From the IMG/VR virus record IMGVR_UViG_3300033076_000076, positions 1 to 24,330 of that record: a DNA stretch of 24,330 bases; one strand, given 5' to 3'. Below the pieces are notes generated by a model. That model was not told the origin of the DNA and did not search any database. It saw nothing but the letters and a program-made list of their open reading frames with translations. Positions within the stretch are counted from its first letter, which is position 1; the number at the start of each line of letters is the position of its first letter. The position numbers and the translations under genes are program-made. Origin of the DNA: a virus. Its lineage: Duplodnaviria > Caudoviricetes. Shown piece after piece: positions 22,458 to 24,330 of the stretch.

Positions 22458-23249
22458 ATGCACTATTACCAGTTCAACATTGGTGACTACAAAAGTCACA
22501 CGGAACATCTTTCCGAAATGGAAGATTTGACCTATCGGCGTTTGCTTGATTGGTACTACCTTCACGAATCCCCTATTCCCCTTGATTTGTCTGAAACTGC
22601 AAGACAGATAAGGATGCGTTCGCATAGCGATTGCATTGCGTTAGTATTGCAAGAGTATTTCGAACGCACTGAAAATGGCTGGATTCATCACAGAGCAAAT
22701 AAAGAAATTGCTAAGGCCGATGACAAGTCACATAAGGCCAGCGAAAGTGCCAAAGCCAGATGGAAAAAGAAGAATGATGCGAACGCATTGCCAACGCAAT
22801 CCGAAAGCAATGCTACACATAACACATTACCCATAACACAAGACACAAAACACAAAGAGAAGCAGCCTACGGCTTTGAGTGTTCGTTTTGAAGAATTTTG
22901 GAAAGCCTATCCAAAGAAAGTCGGCAAGGATGCGGCTAAAAAGGCGTTTGAGAAGCGAAAACCAGATCAGGCTATGGTTGATGCCATGTTGAACGCAATT
23001 CACTTTCAAAAGGCTTCTGATGCTTGGCAGAAAGATGGTGGTCAATTCATTCCAAATCCTGCCACTTGGTTGAATCAAGGTCGTTGGCAAGATGAGATTG
23101 TCAACTTTAAGCCTGTTGACATTGTTCACATGACAACACCAACGCCAAAGAATTATGACGCTGCGCTACGCAAGATTGAAGAAGATGACAAAAAGGCAGC
23201 TCCAGTTCCTGACAGCGTTCGTGATTATCTTAAAAAGGTGAAAGCATGA
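22458..23249 (+). CDS. replication initiator, YdaU/DUF1376 family
   Basis: MHYYQFNIGDY...HLS..EDL.YRRLLD.YY N-terminus; C-terminal FEEFWKAYPKKVGK...IPNPATWLNQGRWQDE; internal iterons. Confidence 0.85.
   Translation: MHYYQFNIGDYKSHTEHLSEMEDLTYRRLLDWYYLHESPIPLDLSETARQIRMRSHSDCIALVLQEYFERTENGWIHHRANKEIAKADDKSHKASESAKARWKKKNDANALPTQSESNATHNTLPITQDTKHKEKQPTALSVRFEEFWKAYPKKVGKDAAKKAFEKRKPDQAMVDAMLNAIHFQKASDAWQKDGGQFIPNPATWLNQGRWQDEIVNFKPVDIVHMTTPTPKNYDAALRKIEEDDKKAAPVPDSVRDYLKKVKA
22614..22860. repeat. iteron-like repeats and A/C-rich tract (putative replication origin)
   Basis: 11-nt period ATGCGAACGCA/TTGCCAACGCA/ATCCGAAAGCA at 22777-22809, an inverted cluster at 22614-22640, and 7-nt-period ACATAAC-like repeats after 22815. 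Confidence 0.7.
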
Positions 23250-23386
23250 CAGAAGAAGAATGGCAAATTTTTGGTGATTTGATTCAGTCAATTTTGTTGC
23301 GTTTTAAAGGCGCAGAGCTTGAGATTGAAAAATTGAAATTCCGCATTGAACAACTTGAGAGACAAAATGAAAGTCATTCCAATTAA
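23246..23386 (+). CDS. 46-aa coiled-coil hypothetical protein
   Basis: Hand-translated MTEEEWQIFGDLIQSILLRFKGAELEIEKLKFRIEQLERQNESHSN. ATGA overlap, SD AAGGTG. Confidence 0.65.
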   Translation: MTEEEWQIFGDLIQSILLRFKGAELEIEKLKFRIEQLERQNESHSN

Positions 23387-24035
23387 GCCTGAAGAAACCG
23401 AACCTTGGTTGCTTAAACGTCATTACGCAAAACGTATGTGTCCAATTAGCTATGCTTTTGGCCTTTATGACGGAAATGAACTTGTTGGGGTTGTGACCTA
23501 CGGAATTCCAGCAAGTAGCACTTTGCGATCTGGAGTTTGTGGAAAAGATTTTCAGGATAACGTAATTGAACTAAACAGACTTTGTTGCAACAACGAAAAC
23601 AACTATGCGTCAATGCTGGTTGGTCGTTCGTTAAAGATGCTTCCAAAGCCATCTGTTGTTGTTTCCTACGCTGACACAGATCAGGGTCATGTTGGTTATG
23701 TTTATCAAGCAACTAACTTTTTTTACACTGGATTGAGCGAAAAGCGAACTGATTGGAAAGTCAAAGGACTTGAACATTTGCATGGAGCGACCATTGCAGA
23801 CATGAGCCGTGGACAAGAAAACAGGGCGCAATGGATGCGAGAAAAGTTTGGTGATGATTTTTATTTGCAAGACAGACCTAGAAAACATCGTTATGTGTTT
23901 TTTCATGGGTCAAAGCCGCAAAAAAAATTGATGATGAAAAGTTTGAAATACAAACTTGCAGATTACCCAAAGGGCGAAAGTAAAAGATACGATGCTGGCG
24001 CTAATGTTCAAACTCAAACACTTCTTTTTGTATGA
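23367..24035 (+). CDS. Mom-like (GNAT fold) adenine modification enzyme
   Basis: HY...FGL...LVGV.TYG, IELNRL, VVSYAD..QGHVGYVYQATNF.YTG, KHRYVFF and YPK match the phage Mu Mom family pattern. Start ATG 23367. Confidence 0.78.
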   Translation: MKVIPIKPEETEPWLLKRHYAKRMCPISYAFGLYDGNELVGVVTYGIPASSTLRSGVCGKDFQDNVIELNRLCCNNENNYASMLVGRSLKMLPKPSVVVSYADTDQGHVGYVYQATNFFYTGLSEKRTDWKVKGLEHLHGATIADMSRGQENRAQWMREKFGDDFYLQDRPRKHRYVFFHGSKPQKKLMMKSLKYKLADYPKGESKRYDAGANVQTQTLLFV

Positions 24036-24274
24036 CAAACGCAGAAGCCCACCAAATCCTTGACAGAGTAAAAAATGGAATCTGGCACTCAGAACGAGAA
24101 ATTAAAGAAGCCTTGTTCATTACAGGAGATTTACGACCAGACCGTTCTGCACATAGCGAAACTTGCCATGTCTCCGTCTACCATCGATCAAGGTCGCTGG
24201 CGAGTGAGGGAGCTTATGAGCGACAGTTCGGGCCTCTTTGGAAACATAGCAATGGATGTGAAAGCGAAGATTGA
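24032..24274 (+). CDS. hypothetical phage protein
   Basis: EAHQILDRVK.G.......ALFITGDL motif; coupled by ATGA upstream and TGATG downstream. Confidence 0.6.
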   Translation: MTNAEAHQILDRVKNGIWHSEREIKEALFITGDLRPDRSAHSETCHVSVYHRSRSLASEGAYERQFGPLWKHSNGCESED

Positions 24275-24296
24275 TGAGATACGCAGCAAGGGTTGA
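24075..24296 (+). CDS. hypothetical protein overlapping 24032-24274 in the +1 frame
   Basis: C-terminal half looks like a natural helical protein (HIAKLAMSPSTIDQGRWRVRELMSDSSGLFG). Start uncertain. Confidence 0.4.
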   Translation: MESGTQNEKLKKPCSLQEIYDQTVLHIAKLAMSPSTIDQGRWRVRELMSDSSGLFGNIAMDVKAKIDEIRSKG

Positions 24297-24330
24297 CGCA
24301 AATCAAACGCAAGTGATTAGCGCATTGAGA
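24274..24330 (+). CDS. N-terminus of putative PD-(D/E)xK nuclease/resolvase-like protein (truncated by window)
   Basis: Hand-translated MRYAARVDANQTQVISALR, matching the R.ARVD.NQ..IV.ALR start of a common phage nuclease family. Confidence 0.6.
   Translation, partial: MRYAARVDANQTQVISALR

Noticed and set aside
1-24330. tRNA genes, CRISPR arrays, genome-wide stop-codon reassignment
   Set aside because: No cloverleaf or repeat-spacer pattern was seen by eye. TAA, TGA and TAG all end genes cleanly under the standard code.

Overview
A gene-dense stretch of a tailed dsDNA phage genome with P22-like (podovirus) morphogenesis genes and a lambdoid-style early/middle layout. The gene families resemble those of uncultured aquatic phages of Betaproteobacteria; the host assignment is inference only. 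On the + strand (1-17689): a glycosyltransferase, a repeat-rich fibre protein, a gp4-like adaptor, a cassette of small fibre/adhesin genes interrupted by an HNH-AP2 endonuclease, a gp10-like tail hub, a needle-like stub, a cupin, three DNA-ejection proteins, a tailspike-position stub, and a five-gene membrane/lysis cluster ending in a GH24 lysozyme. On the - strand (17686-21783): an early operon with many tiny genes, MazG-like, an AT-hook protein, SSB, YqaJ exonuclease and a Sak annealase. Then a divergent promoter region with a leaderless cro and no cI, a YdaU-type replication initiator carrying an iteron origin, and a Mom-like DNA modification enzyme. The most interesting signals missing from the ORF track are a secreted 4-Cys micropeptide gene, two structured intergenic RNAs (one with a loop-E motif, one a three-way junction whose loop matches the replication initiator RBS), a probable AUU start or readthrough in the lysis cluster, and a shared C-terminal module suggesting a plug-and-socket fibre system. 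All family calls are from motif recognition and gene order; no searches were run.
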